The notes beneath the pieces are model-generated. The model ran no database searches. It was given only the letters and a program-made list of their open reading frames with translations, and was not told the origin of the DNA. Positions 63,361 through 64,000 of a stretch of DNA of 64,000 nt are shown here, piece by piece. The position numbers were made by a program, and so were the translations under genes. The stretch comes from Bacilli bacterium (GTDB taxonomy: Bacteria; Bacillota_I; Bacilli_A; RFN20; CAG-826). The DNA lies in contig JAILIP010000006.1 in NCBI GenBank assembly GCA_024695235.1, positions 7,378-71,377 on the forward strand. The letters are read 5' to 3'. Position 1 is the first letter of the stretch, and the number at the start of each line of letters is the position of its first letter.

Positions 63361-64000
63361 TTATTTGATTCTTTGATATTGCTTATTAGCAGATGTCTTA
63401 AAATCTTGAGCTTTAATCTTGCCCATTTCTTGGATTGTATCAGCGATGACATCACGAACATTGAGTTTTGTGTATTCGATGACTGGATCACCGTTTTCCA
63501 TGAATGGGAAGGAAGCATTTGTGGCTAGATAATCAGTTGTGAGATAGTAATAATCTTTACTTGAATCAATTGTCTTATCGTAGACATTATTGTATCTAGC
63601 AGCATTGAGCTTAGTTGAACTTAAATAAGATTTAAGGTTCTTGCCACTTGTCTTCATGATGACAATTTCATTATCAAATGGGAAAGCAGCGTAGACATCA
63701 CCATAGATGATCTTACCTTTTTCTAAGTCAGCACGAACTCCACCACTCTTATTTGTGAAGGCGGCTGAGATTTCAATTTCATTATACTTAGCAGATGTTG
63801 CTTTATTCATAGAATAAACTGCGAGGTTGCCGAGTTCATCTTCTTTAGAGAACTTAGCATCTGCTTTACCGAGTTTACGATTCTTAACAGCGTTGATATA
63901 TTTCTTGCTATATTGATCATAGATACCGGTGATATCTTTATCTGGAGAATAATCTTGATAAGTTGGATCAGCATCAACATTACCAGTTGCTGAGACTATT
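63361..64000 (-). CDS. 5'-nucleotidase/UshA-family protein, C-terminal part (N-terminus lies beyond the window end)
   Basis: The minus-strand frame is open from the window edge to the stop at 63361. LGNLAV..., GGVRADLEKGKIIYGDVYAAFPFDNEIV, and the 5'-nucleotidase C-domain pattern. Confidence 0.8.
   Translation of the reverse strand, partial: IVSATGNVDADPTYQDYSPDKDITGIYDQYSKKYINAVKNRKLGKADAKFSKEDELGNLAVYSMNKATSAKYNEIEISAAFTNKSGGVRADLEKGKIIYGDVYAAFPFDNEIVIMKTSGKNLKSYLSSTKLNAARYNNVYDKTIDSSKDYYYLTTDYLATNASFPFMENGDPVIEYTKLNVRDVIADTIQEMGKIKAQDFKTSANKQYQRIK

Overview
Low-GC, gene-dense chromosomal window with about 60 protein genes and 12 tRNA genes, all with an encoded CCA. I saw no rRNA, no CRISPR array, and no recognisable transposase, integrase or phage gene. 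The code is standard: TGA is used as a stop (for example at 59681-59683 and 42255-42257) and Trp is TGG. All calls come from reading the sequence and recalled family motifs; no database search was run.

Layout:
- 1-5812 (-): F1Fo ATP synthase operon, atpIBEFHAGD.
- 5898-9437: PPi-type phosphofructokinase, a phosphoesterase and a TGS/uridine-kinase-like protein.
- 9440-10100: the only long intergenic gap. It holds two unannotated tandem modules that look like type I toxin-antitoxin loci.
- 10102-12673 (-): a 360-aa orphan protein and glpK.
- 12835-22973 (+): three consecutive paralogous genes of 1019-1229 aa. Each encodes a signal peptide, an EndA/NucM (endonuclease I) domain, Ig-like repeats, and a shared unassigned C-terminal module plus transmembrane (TM) anchor.
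- 23022-64000: housekeeping and transport genes. These are pepP, yigZ, trxA, rdgB, proS, coaD, rsmD, def, rnj, maf, spx, trpS, mntP, hpf, metK, pduL, mgtE, pgi and nfu, interspersed with tRNAs. The window ends in a truncated 5'-nucleotidase.

Several features suggest a small-genome, Mollicutes-related (Acholeplasma-like) Bacillota organism. They are a lipobox on AtpF, PPi-PFK, PduL, heavy investment in surface nucleases and nucleotide salvage, and many leaderless-looking genes. This taxonomic placement is inference only.

Most noteworthy, in order:
1. The tandem type I TA-like modules.
2. The triplicated giant surface nucleases and their shared LPXTG-less C-terminal anchor module.
3. A 13-nt tandem duplication carrying the start codon of the second nuclease gene, which could act as a copy-number frame switch.
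4. An S-box (SAM-I)-like metK riboswitch with a non-canonical P2 arm.
5. At least nine genes with a TATAAT box 6-10 nt before the ATG and no Shine-Dalgarno sequence (SD).
6. A c-subunit carrying a Na+-type, two-carboxylate ion-site signature.
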